Shown: piece by piece, positions 47,241 through 55,993 of the stretch
Numbering within the stretch: position 1 is the first letter of the stretch
Layout of the letters: each line of letters begins with the position of its first letter
UHGV virus genome: UHGV-0307316
From: a virus
Reading direction: 5' to 3' (one strand)
Length of the DNA: 64,000 bases
Program-made: the position numbers and the translations under genes
Notes under the pieces: model-generated
Databases searched by the model: none
Told to the model about the DNA's origin: nothing
The model's input: the letters and a program-made list of their open reading frames with translations, nothing else

Positions 47241-47439
47241 ACGCATTTGGGAAGGTTTGTTTGTTGATGCACCAGCTATTGTGATTGGTATGCTTATCGT
47301 TAACCTATTTACTGACTTTGAACAAGGTTCATTGTTTGGAGCCATGTTACTATGGGTTATCTTCGAAATATTAGAGATACAGTTAGGTATCACTGAAAAA
47401 CTAAGAGAACTCTTTGCGAAGTTTTCTAAAAAGATTTAA
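47233..47439 (+). CDS. Small membrane protein
   Basis: 68 aa with hydrophobic helices. Confidence 0.3.
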   Translation: MLKRIWEGLFVDAPAIVIGMLIVNLFTDFEQGSLFGAMLLWVIFEILEIQLGITEKLRELFAKFSKKI

Positions 47440-47445
47440 AATGAA

Positions 47446-47469
47446 AGGGTCTCTTCGGAGACCTTTTTA
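47446..47469 (+). terminator. Rho-independent terminator (UUCG tetraloop family)
   Basis: AGGGTCTC-TTCG-GAGACCT followed by TTTTT. Confidence 0.6.
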
Positions 47470-47487
47470 GCATGTAAAGGGGCAATA

Positions 47488-49632
47488 ATGAACAAAGTAC
47501 AGATTATTAAAAAGAATGGCTCACTTGAAGAACCTGATATCAAAAAAGTTTTAGCAGCAGTCACAAAGTCAGCTAACAGAGTTGGTTATAAAGAGCTTCC
47601 ACCAGATGTTACTCAAGCTCTTGAGTCAGCATTTATGAGGATTCTGGTAAAGTCCACTAAGCAGAATAATTTGCTAATTTCGGTAAATGATATTCACAGT
47701 ATTGTTGAGGGTGCTTTGGCAGAAGTCAATCACGAGATTTATGAGTCTTACTCAACATATAGAAATTACCGTAAAGAGGTTGCTCAAAATTGGGATGAAC
47801 TCTACCAGAAGACCAAAGATACACTCTTCTTAGGCGACCGAGAAAACGCTAATTTTGACAGCAGTTTAATTTCTACAAAAGGCTCAATTATTCGTGGTTA
47901 CCTGACTAAAGAAATCTTTAAACAGTACCATTTAACACCAGAGGAACTTGAAGCCATTGAAAAAGGATTTATCTATATCCATGATTTAAGAGACCTAATT
48001 TTTGGTGGTATCAACTGTTGCCTGTTTGACATTGGTAAAGTCCTGAAAGGTGGCTTTGAAATGTCTGGCATCGAATATTGTGAACCGAAGTCTGTGCTGT
48101 CAGCCTTACAGGTTATTGGTGATGTAGTTCTTTCAGCAACTGCACAGCAATTTGGTGGCTTTACTTTAGCAGAGATTGATAAGGTACTTGTACCGTATGC
48201 TAAGAAGTCTCTACGCTATCATGCTGAGAAAGCAGCATCTTATGGTATTCCTAAAGAACATTACCATAATTATGTCATGGAGCAGCTACAGATTGAATTA
48301 ACTCAAGGTTTTCAGTCACTTGAAATGAAACTGAACACTGTACCTTGCAGCCGTGGTGATTTCGCATTCACAACTTTAACATTCGGGTTACTTGACTCAG
48401 ATATGTCTAATGAAGACAACCGACTACAATACATGATTGCAAGTACTCTCCTAGATGTTCGTATGAATGGACAAGGTAAGAGCAAGAAGCCTGTTGTATT
48501 TCCTAAACTGGTTTATATTTATGACCAGAAGAGACATGATGAAAATATCTGTCAAGGTCACCTGTACAGTAAAGCTATTGAGTGTTGCTCTAAAGCAATG
48601 TATCCAGATTTCTTAAGTGTATCTGGTCATGGTGCTGTAGCAGAGGCTTTTGAGCGTTCTGGCAAGGTTATTTCGCCGATGGGTTGCCGAGCGTTCTTAT
48701 CTCCGTATCTTAACGAGAATGAGGAAGAGTTCTACGTTGGTCGTGCTAACATTGGTGCTGTATCTTTGAACTTACCAATGATTTACCAGTATTCTAAAGA
48801 GAATGGTTTAGATTTCTGGAAAGAGCTTGATAAGTACCTAGAGATGATTCGCAGCTTCCACAAGAAACGTTACGAAATGATTGCTAATATGCCAGCAAGT
48901 TCTAACCCTCTTGCATTCACACAAGGTGGTCTGTACAAAGGGACTAAGAAACCTACTGACAGGGTTGGTTGGGATATTGTGAAATCCTTCACAGCTTCTT
49001 TTGGGGTTACTGCTCTTGATGAGCTGTCTGTTCTTGCTGAAGGTAAACGACTTCATGAAGTTGGAAGCTATAGTTTTGCATACGATGTTCTGGCATACAT
49101 TAACATGAAAACTGAAGAGTTTAAGAACGAAGATGGCTTCCTGTATGCGGTATATGGCACTCCAGCAGAATCACTTTGTGGAACTCAGTTAAAACAGTTC
49201 AGGGATATGTTTGGTGTTATTAAAGGTGTCTCTGACAAGGAATACTTTACAAACAGTTTCCATATGAATGTTGCAGCAGACATCTCACCATTTGATAAGC
49301 AGGACTTAGAAGAACCATTCTTCCATATCTGTAGAGGTGGCAGAATCCAGTATGTAAGGGTAGCTAACCCAGAAAACTTACCAGCACTTAAAAGTTGTAT
49401 TACCAGAGGGATGTTGAAAGGTTTTTATCAGGGACTTAACTTTGACTTAGCAATCTGTGAGCATTGTGGTAACAGACCAAAATCAGATGTTGAAGAGTGT
49501 GAAGTTTGTCACTCACATGATATCTCTGTGATTAACAGAGTGTGTGGGTATCTTGGATGGACTAAGATTAAAGGTGAATCCCGAATGAACGATGCAAAAA
49601 TCGCTGAGATTCGTGATAGAGTCTCTATGTAA
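47488..49632 (+). CDS. nrdD: Anaerobic ribonucleoside-triphosphate reductase (class III)
   Basis: N-terminal ATP-cone, C-terminal Zn ribbon (CEHCGN...CEVCHS) and glycyl-radical motif RVCGY. Confidence 0.9.
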   Translation: MNKVQIIKKNGSLEEPDIKKVLAAVTKSANRVGYKELPPDVTQALESAFMRILVKSTKQNNLLISVNDIHSIVEGALAEVNHEIYESYSTYRNYRKEVAQNWDELYQKTKDTLFLGDRENANFDSSLISTKGSIIRGYLTKEIFKQYHLTPEELEAIEKGFIYIHDLRDLIFGGINCCLFDIGKVLKGGFEMSGIEYCEPKSVLSALQVIGDVVLSATAQQFGGFTLAEIDKVLVPYAKKSLRYHAEKAASYGIPKEHYHNYVMEQLQIELTQGFQSLEMKLNTVPCSRGDFAFTTLTFGLLDSDMSNEDNRLQYMIASTLLDVRMNGQGKSKKPVVFPKLVYIYDQKRHDENICQGHLYSKAIECCSKAMYPDFLSVSGHGAVAEAFERSGKVISPMGCRAFLSPYLNENEEEFYVGRANIGAVSLNLPMIYQYSKENGLDFWKELDKYLEMIRSFHKKRYEMIANMPASSNPLAFTQGGLYKGTKKPTDRVGWDIVKSFTASFGVTALDELSVLAEGKRLHEVGSYSFAYDVLAYINMKTEEFKNEDGFLYAVYGTPAESLCGTQLKQFRDMFGVIKGVSDKEYFTNSFHMNVAADISPFDKQDLEEPFFHICRGGRIQYVRVANPENLPALKSCITRGMLKGFYQGLNFDLAICEHCGNRPKSDVEECEVCHSHDISVINRVCGYLGWTKIKGESRMNDAKIAEIRDRVSM

Positions 49633-49642
49633 AACTTGACAA

Positions 49643-49681
49643 GGTGATGTGGGTCTTGATAGGCTTACATCACCTTTTTTA
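49643..49681 (+). terminator. Rho-independent terminator after nrdD
   Basis: GGTGATGT ... ACATCACC hairpin followed by TTTTTT. Confidence 0.55.
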
Positions 49682-49786
49682 TTGGATGTTAGATATGGCA
49701 GAAAGTATTATTGGGTTGTTCATAGGTTCTGTCTCACTAGGGTTCTTTTTAGGACTCTCTTATTGTGAATTGAAAGGTAAGTTAAA

Positions 49787-49987
49787 ATGTTTAAGATATC
49801 AAAAGCGTTGATATACATACTCCATATTCTAGTCTTCTTCTTTGGGGTTAGTGTTATGGTATGGGGTTTTTCAGACCCACAATGGAGTTTCTCATATCAT
49901 GGTCAGATGGATTTATGGTCATGCTTCAAACCATTTTTAGGGTTAGTCATAGCATTCAGTGCATTACCAACTAAGGTGAAATTATGA
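49787..49987 (+). CDS. Small membrane protein
   Basis: 66 aa, two hydrophobic segments. Confidence 0.3.
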   Translation: MFKISKALIYILHILVFFFGVSVMVWGFSDPQWSFSYHGQMDLWSCFKPFLGLVIAFSALPTKVKL

Positions 49988-50379
49988 TTAAGTTGAGCCA
50001 AAAACAGCTAGAGTGGATTAAAGATTATGCCTCAGAGTGTGGCTCTTGTGAAAAGAATCACGTAAGATACTCAACATTCCACACGGTCTTCACATTGTAT
50101 ATCGGTGACAATGTTCTAAGTGATTCTGTAGAAGATGGTGTAGCATTGCCTAATGAATTGCTTGACAAATTAGCTGTAGTCACTGGAACTTGGTCTGAAG
50201 AAGATGGTCACGAACTATCTGATGATGTTGTCTTCTACAGTCTTGAAAACATCATGAATCCAGAGTACATTATGCTAATGACTTGCGCACAAGATTGTGT
50301 ACCATTACAAAACTTCATTAAAGAGCATTGTGAAGAGTTTATTACTAAACAGGTTCCTTGTCAGGTGGTGTTTGAATGA
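49984..50379 (+). CDS. Hypothetical protein
   Basis: 131 aa ORF. Confidence 0.3.
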   Translation: MIKLSQKQLEWIKDYASECGSCEKNHVRYSTFHTVFTLYIGDNVLSDSVEDGVALPNELLDKLAVVTGTWSEEDGHELSDDVVFYSLENIMNPEYIMLMTCAQDCVPLQNFIKEHCEEFITKQVPCQVVFE

Positions 50380-50675
50380 GTAAAACAATTCGAAGAAAAG
50401 GTTTGAAGAACGTTCATGGACTCTATGAGTGGAGAAATGAGGTACGTAACAGAGAAAATGCTTCAGATGTCTACTTCCATTCTGATATGATGTCCAGAAA
50501 AGGAGGCTCTTATGACTTTACAAGCCAGCCTTGTAGAGAGATTAAGAAGGCCACTAAACGTCTTACAAGAACACAAATAAGGCAGCTTTCTAAGACATCC
50601 TTCTTAGATGAAGACTTTGACATTGATAGCAAGTCTCCAAAGAAAGCTGCTAAGAACACTTATATGTATTGGTGA
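50376..50675 (+). CDS. Hypothetical basic protein
   Basis: 99 aa ORF. Confidence 0.3.
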   Translation: MSKTIRRKGLKNVHGLYEWRNEVRNRENASDVYFHSDMMSRKGGSYDFTSQPCREIKKATKRLTRTQIRQLSKTSFLDEDFDIDSKSPKKAAKNTYMYW

Positions 50676-50684
50676 GGTAACTAG

Positions 50685-51170
50685 ATGAATTACATGGAGA
50701 TTCGACCATTTGATACAGCTAATGGTGAAGGGGTTCGTGTAAGCCTCTTCGTAGCTGGTTGTAAGCATCACTGCGAAGGCTGCTTTAACAGGGAGTCTTG
50801 GAAGTTTAATGCTGGTAAAGAGTTTACTTATGCAAACCTTTATGGCATTCTAAGACTTTTGGAAGATGACTCTTTAAGTGGGCTGTCTATCCTCGGTGGA
50901 GAACCATTGGATGACCGTAACATTGGAGAAGTCACTAAGATTTGTCAGAAGGTTAAATCAATCTATCCAGAGAAATCTATCTGGCTCTGGACAGGTTTTC
51001 AGTTACATGAAAAAATTCACCTTGATGTGATGAAATATGTTGACGTGGTGATTGATGGTAAGTATGATTCATCTAAACCAACAGTTAAACCATATCGTGG
51101 TTCTAATAACCAAAACCTCTGGAGAAAAGAGTATGGGTGGCAAGGTGATTGTCAGTGGAGAGCAGAGTGA
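50685..51170 (+). CDS. nrdG: Anaerobic RNR activating protein (radical SAM)
   Basis: CKHHCEGC radical-SAM cysteine motif near N-terminus; small size; near nrdD. Confidence 0.8.
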   Translation: MNYMEIRPFDTANGEGVRVSLFVAGCKHHCEGCFNRESWKFNAGKEFTYANLYGILRLLEDDSLSGLSILGGEPLDDRNIGEVTKICQKVKSIYPEKSIWLWTGFQLHEKIHLDVMKYVDVVIDGKYDSSKPTVKPYRGSNNQNLWRKEYGWQGDCQWRAE

Positions 51171-51250
51171 TTATTCTGGCAAATGGACTAAGGTATAACT
51201 CCAATTGGTATCACTGAAGAAGAACTTCATAAGTTCTGTATTAAACTTTA

Positions 51251-51535
51251 ATGAGAGAGAGACTAAAAATGGGAATTTTAGGTAATATGAAAGCTGGATT
51301 CTTGAAGGCACTGGAAAAAGCAGCAGCAATTGTTTCTATGACTGGAAAGCAGGTCGGTGTAGATGCTTCAGTGGTTGCACAGGTTCTTGCAAGCCAAATT
51401 GAACAGCAGCCTTACATCTACGTAGGCCGTGGTAAAGGTGGTAAGAAACAAGCCCACCGTCCGTCTGGTGCAGCAGCTATTAAACGAGCAGCTAAGAAAG
51501 CTCGTAACCGTAAACGTAATAAGAAGGCTAAATAA
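51251..51535 (+). CDS. Hypothetical protein with Lys/Arg-rich C-terminus
   Basis: 94 aa; C-terminal AKKARNRKRNKKAK. Confidence 0.3.
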   Translation: MRERLKMGILGNMKAGFLKALEKAAAIVSMTGKQVGVDASVVAQVLASQIEQQPYIYVGRGKGGKKQAHRPSGAAAIKRAAKKARNRKRNKKAK

Positions 51536-51537
51536 TC

Positions 51538-51858
51538 ATGAGCAAAGTTTATAACACTCGCAAATTACAGATTTTCGTACTGTGCCAGTTTATGGCTAAA
51601 GAATACAACTTCTACTATTGTGGTACAGGTTTTATTAGTGATGATGATGGCTCATACCTCCCATTTAAAGAAGCTGTAAAGCTCTTTAATGAAGAGAAAA
51701 GCTCTAAGAAAGATATTGAAAAGGTTAAGCTAACCTACAGCAAGAAAGATAAGAAGATTATCTGCCTAGATAACTTTGTGAAAGTTACTGGAGAAGCAAA
51801 AGAGTTTATGGATGAGAGTGAGATTTCATTCACAAGCATCTTGAAAGTAGCTCAGTAA
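51538..51858 (+). CDS. Hypothetical protein
   Basis: 106 aa ORF. Confidence 0.3.
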   Translation: MSKVYNTRKLQIFVLCQFMAKEYNFYYCGTGFISDDDGSYLPFKEAVKLFNEEKSSKKDIEKVKLTYSKKDKKIICLDNFVKVTGEAKEFMDESEISFTSILKVAQ

Positions 51859-51871
51859 ACAGATACTATAA

Positions 51872-51896
51872 GGGGACTGTAAAGGTTCCCTTTTTA
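51872..51896 (+). terminator. Rho-independent terminator
   Basis: GGGGAC-loop-GTTCCC hairpin followed by TTTTT. Confidence 0.45.
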
Positions 51897-51909
51897 TTTT
51901 GGAGATGAT

Positions 51910-52425
51910 ATGTATCTGTCAAACCTAAAACGTTCTGCTGCAATGTCAGTGCTAAGACTCAGCTTTGAGGAACGTCAAGAGTTCATTGACTCCCACCAAT
52001 ACGACCCCTCAAACTCCAATCACATGATTCTCTGGAATCGTGAAAGTACTCGTGAAAGAGCACTATTCCGTTATTACCCACACTACACTATAGATAACCT
52101 GTATGAATTGTTTGTTGTGAAGAACACCATTACAGTGCTCAATAAACTTTGCAGATACACAGGTAGCCAATCCTTCACATTAGGTCACCACAAGCCTGTT
52201 ACAAAGGGTGGTGAGCATCACTGTGCAAACTGGTTTATCCAGACTAAGCTTGATAACCAGAAGCAAGGCGACAGTCTTCTAAGCATCCCTAAGATGACCT
52301 ACGAAGAGCAAGAGAAATATATCAAAAATAATATGCCAGATGTGCTTGACAACAACTATACAGATTTGGCAATATCTCTCCTGTTGAAGTTCGAGACAGT
52401 TTATAGGGCAACTTACAATGGCTAA
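51910..52425 (+). CDS. HNH endonuclease (putative)
   Basis: LGHHKPVTKGGEHHCANWFIQTKLDNQKQG resembles the HNH core (His pair, Asn, Cys). Confidence 0.45.
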   Translation: MYLSNLKRSAAMSVLRLSFEERQEFIDSHQYDPSNSNHMILWNRESTRERALFRYYPHYTIDNLYELFVVKNTITVLNKLCRYTGSQSFTLGHHKPVTKGGEHHCANWFIQTKLDNQKQGDSLLSIPKMTYEEQEKYIKNNMPDVLDNNYTDLAISLLLKFETVYRATYNG

Positions 52426-52696
52426 AGAGAAGTGGGAAATTTTACCATTAGTCAGTGAAGGTGGTAATGGTTGTGAAATGTACATGATACGTGGTCATGT
52501 TCCAGAACCAATTGCACTTGAGATGGTAAACAACTTTACAGATGGTTCTTACAAAGACTTAGGAGAGCCAACTATAAAGCATCAATGGGTAAAACCTGTA
52601 CCAGACAGCACAGGTAACTGTAGTGTACTTTACCACGTTGTAGACCCTGTAAAATGCAAATCTGCAATGGCAGTAACAAACGTAACCTTTGATTGA
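52418..52696 (+). CDS. Hypothetical protein
   Basis: 92 aa ORF. Confidence 0.3.
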   Translation: MAKEKWEILPLVSEGGNGCEMYMIRGHVPEPIALEMVNNFTDGSYKDLGEPTIKHQWVKPVPDSTGNCSVLYHVVDPVKCKSAMAVTNVTFD

Positions 52697-53589
52697 GAGA
52701 CAAAACTATGAAAACATCTATCCGTGTTACAGTTCATTCACCAACTAAAGGGACTCACGAAGAAGAGTTTAACATCGTCCAATTTCCTTCTGGTGAGATT
52801 GGTGGACATTTTTCACCAGAGTTTGTTGATTTTACTGCTTATGCTGCATCATCCATCAACAACGTGATTATGATTATAAAGGGTTATGACAAAGACACAT
52901 TATTTGCTGTGGCACTTGCTAAAGAGGTAATTGATGATTTAGTACCTCATAAGTTTGCTATGAAGACTGCTATCTTTTACTATTTGCCAAATGCACGTTA
53001 CGACCGTCACATGTTTAAAGGTGATGCAGCAGCTTTGAAAGTGTTTGCACAACAGGTTAATGCAATGGGTTTTGATGCAGTCTGTGCAGTTGACCCTCAT
53101 AGTTACGTTCCAGATAACCTTTTCAATTGCTTCCAGAGTATTCCTCAAAAGGAGATTGCAGTCCATTACGCAAATGACCCTCTGATTGATTACTTAGTAG
53201 CCCCAGATGCAGGTGCTTCTAAGAAGATTGCAGAGACTGCTAAAGAGGTGGATAAACCATATATCACAATGTCTAAGGTGCGAAATCTTAAGACTGGAGA
53301 AATCACTGGTATGCGAATCCTTGACGATGTTGATTTGACCGATAAAACCGTCATGATTCTTGATGATATCTGTGATGGTGGTCGAACCTTCGTAGAGGCA
53401 GCTAAACACCTACGTGAAGCAGGTGCAAAACGTGTAGAGCTTTATGTAACACATGGTATCTTCTCTAAAGATGTTGAAAACCTTCTTGACAATGGTATCG
53501 ACCATATTTACACTACAAACTCTTTAGGCGAAGCTAAAGACCGTGGCTTAACACATTACAGTCAAGTTACTGTAGCAAACCTTGATTGA
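52693..53589 (+). CDS. Ribose-phosphate pyrophosphokinase family protein (Prs-like; candidate ADP-ribose pyrophosphokinase Adps)
   Basis: PRPP-synthetase-type C-terminal half: VAPDAGA, phosphoribosyl-binding loop VMILDDICDGGRT, YVTHGIFS. Confidence 0.75.
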   Translation: MRDKTMKTSIRVTVHSPTKGTHEEEFNIVQFPSGEIGGHFSPEFVDFTAYAASSINNVIMIIKGYDKDTLFAVALAKEVIDDLVPHKFAMKTAIFYYLPNARYDRHMFKGDAAALKVFAQQVNAMGFDAVCAVDPHSYVPDNLFNCFQSIPQKEIAVHYANDPLIDYLVAPDAGASKKIAETAKEVDKPYITMSKVRNLKTGEITGMRILDDVDLTDKTVMILDDICDGGRTFVEAAKHLREAGAKRVELYVTHGIFSKDVENLLDNGIDHIYTTNSLGEAKDRGLTHYSQVTVANLD

Positions 53590-53636
53590 AACTTTATATG
53601 GGCTTGAAAGACCCATTTTGAGAGAGAGATTAAAAG

Positions 53637-55418
53637 ATGACTAAATCACTTTATGCAGTACCAGCAGGTTTAAACGCGGATGCTTACAAGTCTGGCCATG
53701 TTTACCAGTACCCTAGTGCAACAGAATACTTGATGTTCAACCTGACACCACGTAGTGACAAATGGTTTAACAGCCCTTTAGCAATTGACGGTGTAGTGGC
53801 TTTTGGTATTCAACGTTTTGTTAAAGATTACTTGATAGACCACTGGAACGCCACTTTCTTTGAACGTGATAAAAAAGAAGCAATTGACGAAATCTTAGAA
53901 GTCATGAATGGTGTTCTGGGTAAAGATGCTATCGGTCGAGAGCATTGGGAAGCACTTCACGACTTAGGTTATCTACCAGTTGAAGTATACGCGGTAGAAG
54001 AAGGTACAGTTGTCCCTATGCGTGTCCCAATGATTGTCTTCCAGAACACTGTTTCAGGTTTCCATTGGGTAGCAGGTTATCTGGAAGATGCTTTCTCTGC
54101 TGAGATTTGGAAGGCTTGCACTATTGCAACTATTGCATTGCATTACAAACGCATCTGTAAGAAGTGGGCTGACCTTACTTGTGACAACGACTTACATCTG
54201 CCCTATCAGTGCCATGACTTTGCTATGCGTGGTATGTCCGGCTTTACTGATGACGCATTTAACGCTGTAGGTCACTTAACCAGCTTTAAAGGAACCGATA
54301 GCTTCCCTGCTGTATACACGGCTAAACGCATCTATGGACAGTCTTACCCAATCTCTGATATTGGTAGTTCTGTACCAGCCACTGAACACTCTGTAATGTG
54401 TGCAAACATTGCTTGGGAAGGTGGTAATGAATTGATTGAAGAAGAAAGACGCTTTAAAGGTGAGTTACAAACCTTCCGTCGTTTCTTAACAGAAACTTAC
54501 CCAACTGGTATTGCAAGTATTGTTTCAGATACTTATAACTTCTGGAGAACTGTGTCAGAAATCTTACCAGCACTCCGTAAAGAAATTATGGAACGTGATG
54601 GTAAACTGGTAATTCGCCCTGACTCTGGAGACCCTGTACATATTGTCACAGGTTATAAAGCAATCCACTTAGAGTGTGCTAAAAAGGCTTATTACGAGCA
54701 CCTAAGCAAGCTTGAAGCCAGCGACACAATGTTGAATGCTGTTCTGAACATGAAGCTTGAAAACATCAACTATGGTATTGCTGGATGGCTACTGTCAGAA
54801 GGCTACGAAATGGTTGTTGACAGAGAAGACTTTGAAGTAGCCGATACAGTGTTGCTGAAAGATGCTTACATCAACGGCTCTGCAAACGTTGTAACACGTC
54901 CTGTAGCGGAGATTGATGGAGCTATTAAGACACTGTACAACATCTTTGGGGGAACTATTAACTCTAAAGGGTTTAAGGTACTGGATGAGCACATTGGCCT
55001 TATCTATGGCGACTCTATCACGCTGGAACGTGCAAACGAAATCCTGAAGCGTCTGTATGAAATGGGTTTTGCAAGCTCTAACGTAGTGTTTGGTGTAGGC
55101 TCTTACACTTACCAGTACATGACTCGTGACACCTTTGCATTTGCTGTTAAAGCAACTCTTGCAAGCATTGGTGGTAAAGAGATTATGCTTGCAAAAGACC
55201 CTAAAACAGATAGTGGTGTTAAGAAGTCTGCTTTTGGTGGTGTAGTACCTATGTGGAATGGTGATAAGTTGAAAGCTGTAGATGGCTATGGATTCCAGAG
55301 CTTTGCAGATGTACTTGAACATCCAGCTTGTGCTCTACGTTTAGTCTTTAGTGACTCTGAGCAGTATGGTTACACATCTCTTGGTGATATTCGAAATAAT
55401 ATTGACAAGCAGCTTTAA
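53637..55418 (+). CDS. Nicotinamide phosphoribosyltransferase family protein (NadV-like; candidate nicotinamide ADPR transferase Namat)
   Basis: 593 aa ORF with NAMPT-like N-terminus (NADAYKSGHVYQYP); immediately downstream of Prs-like gene. Confidence 0.7.
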   Translation: MTKSLYAVPAGLNADAYKSGHVYQYPSATEYLMFNLTPRSDKWFNSPLAIDGVVAFGIQRFVKDYLIDHWNATFFERDKKEAIDEILEVMNGVLGKDAIGREHWEALHDLGYLPVEVYAVEEGTVVPMRVPMIVFQNTVSGFHWVAGYLEDAFSAEIWKACTIATIALHYKRICKKWADLTCDNDLHLPYQCHDFAMRGMSGFTDDAFNAVGHLTSFKGTDSFPAVYTAKRIYGQSYPISDIGSSVPATEHSVMCANIAWEGGNELIEEERRFKGELQTFRRFLTETYPTGIASIVSDTYNFWRTVSEILPALRKEIMERDGKLVIRPDSGDPVHIVTGYKAIHLECAKKAYYEHLSKLEASDTMLNAVLNMKLENINYGIAGWLLSEGYEMVVDREDFEVADTVLLKDAYINGSANVVTRPVAEIDGAIKTLYNIFGGTINSKGFKVLDEHIGLIYGDSITLERANEILKRLYEMGFASSNVVFGVGSYTYQYMTRDTFAFAVKATLASIGGKEIMLAKDPKTDSGVKKSAFGGVVPMWNGDKLKAVDGYGFQSFADVLEHPACALRLVFSDSEQYGYTSLGDIRNNIDKQL

Positions 55419-55429
55419 AAGTATATGAT
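55402..55429 (+). promoter_or_regulatory. Candidate promoter inside 3' end of NadV-like gene
   Basis: TTGACAAG (55402-55409), ~16-nt spacer, TATGAT. Confidence 0.35.
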
Positions 55430-55431
55430 AA

Positions 55432-55455
55432 AAGGCTCCCGTAGGAGCCTTTTTA
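55432..55455 (+). terminator. Rho-independent terminator after NadV-like gene
   Basis: GGCTCC-CGTA-GGAGCC followed by TTTTT. Confidence 0.6.
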
Positions 55456-55471
55456 ATTTCTGGAGAAGACT

Positions 55472-55807
55472 ATGAAAATCAAAGAAATGAACATCAACAT
55501 TGTCTTAGAAGAACGTTGGGAGAACATCAAGAAGCATGAAGATGGTCATAAGTTCCTTAACAAAATTTTAGTAGCAGCTAAAGAAGAACTGGCTGGCAAG
55601 GTTGCAGCAGCAATCACAATAAAGGTTTGTGTAAAAGGTCTTCCACAACATCACCAATTTGCACTTGACGAGTTTAAAGAAAGCTTCTACAATCCAAACA
55701 AACAGATGCTTGAAAGTAACTTTGCAGTATCTACAAGTATCGTTCATGACAGAAGCTTTATCCTTTACAAGAATATGAGAGGTGAGTCATGCAAGCATAT
55801 TGGATAG
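55472..55807 (+). CDS. Hypothetical protein
   Basis: 111 aa ORF. Confidence 0.3.
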   Translation: MKIKEMNINIVLEERWENIKKHEDGHKFLNKILVAAKEELAGKVAAAITIKVCVKGLPQHHQFALDEFKESFYNPNKQMLESNFAVSTSIVHDRSFILYKNMRGESCKHIG

Positions 55808-55965
55808 AAATTTTACTGTCACTTGGTAGTGTAGCAGTATTTGTTTACCTCCTTTGTAAGTACTTTGCAGAGCACAAAAAATGTGACTACTGTAATGGAG
55901 AGGGGTACATAAGGGCAGGATGTTGTCCTATGTGTGGTGGTTCTGGTAAAATGTTTAATAAGTAA
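55789..55965 (+). CDS. Unlisted small ORF (58 aa): membrane-anchored protein with two DnaJ-type CxxCxGxG zinc-finger motifs
   Basis: ATG at 55789 preceded by GAGGTGAG; translation MQAYWIEILLSLGSVAVFVYLLCKYFAEHKKCDYCNGEGYIRAGCCPMCGGSGKMFNK; below the 60-aa ORF-track cutoff. Confidence 0.45.
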   Translation: MQAYWIEILLSLGSVAVFVYLLCKYFAEHKKCDYCNGEGYIRAGCCPMCGGSGKMFNK

Positions 55966-55993
55966 TTTAACAGTAAACTGAGAGGAAAGTATT

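Noticed and set aside
49636-49664. Promoter call at TTGACAAGGTG after nrdD
   Set aside because: No acceptable -10 hexamer at 16-18 bp spacing; the sequence is part of the nrdD terminator hairpin.
54795-55322. 175-aa ORF on the - strand
   Set aside because: Antisense to the NadV-like gene; no RBS and low-complexity composition.
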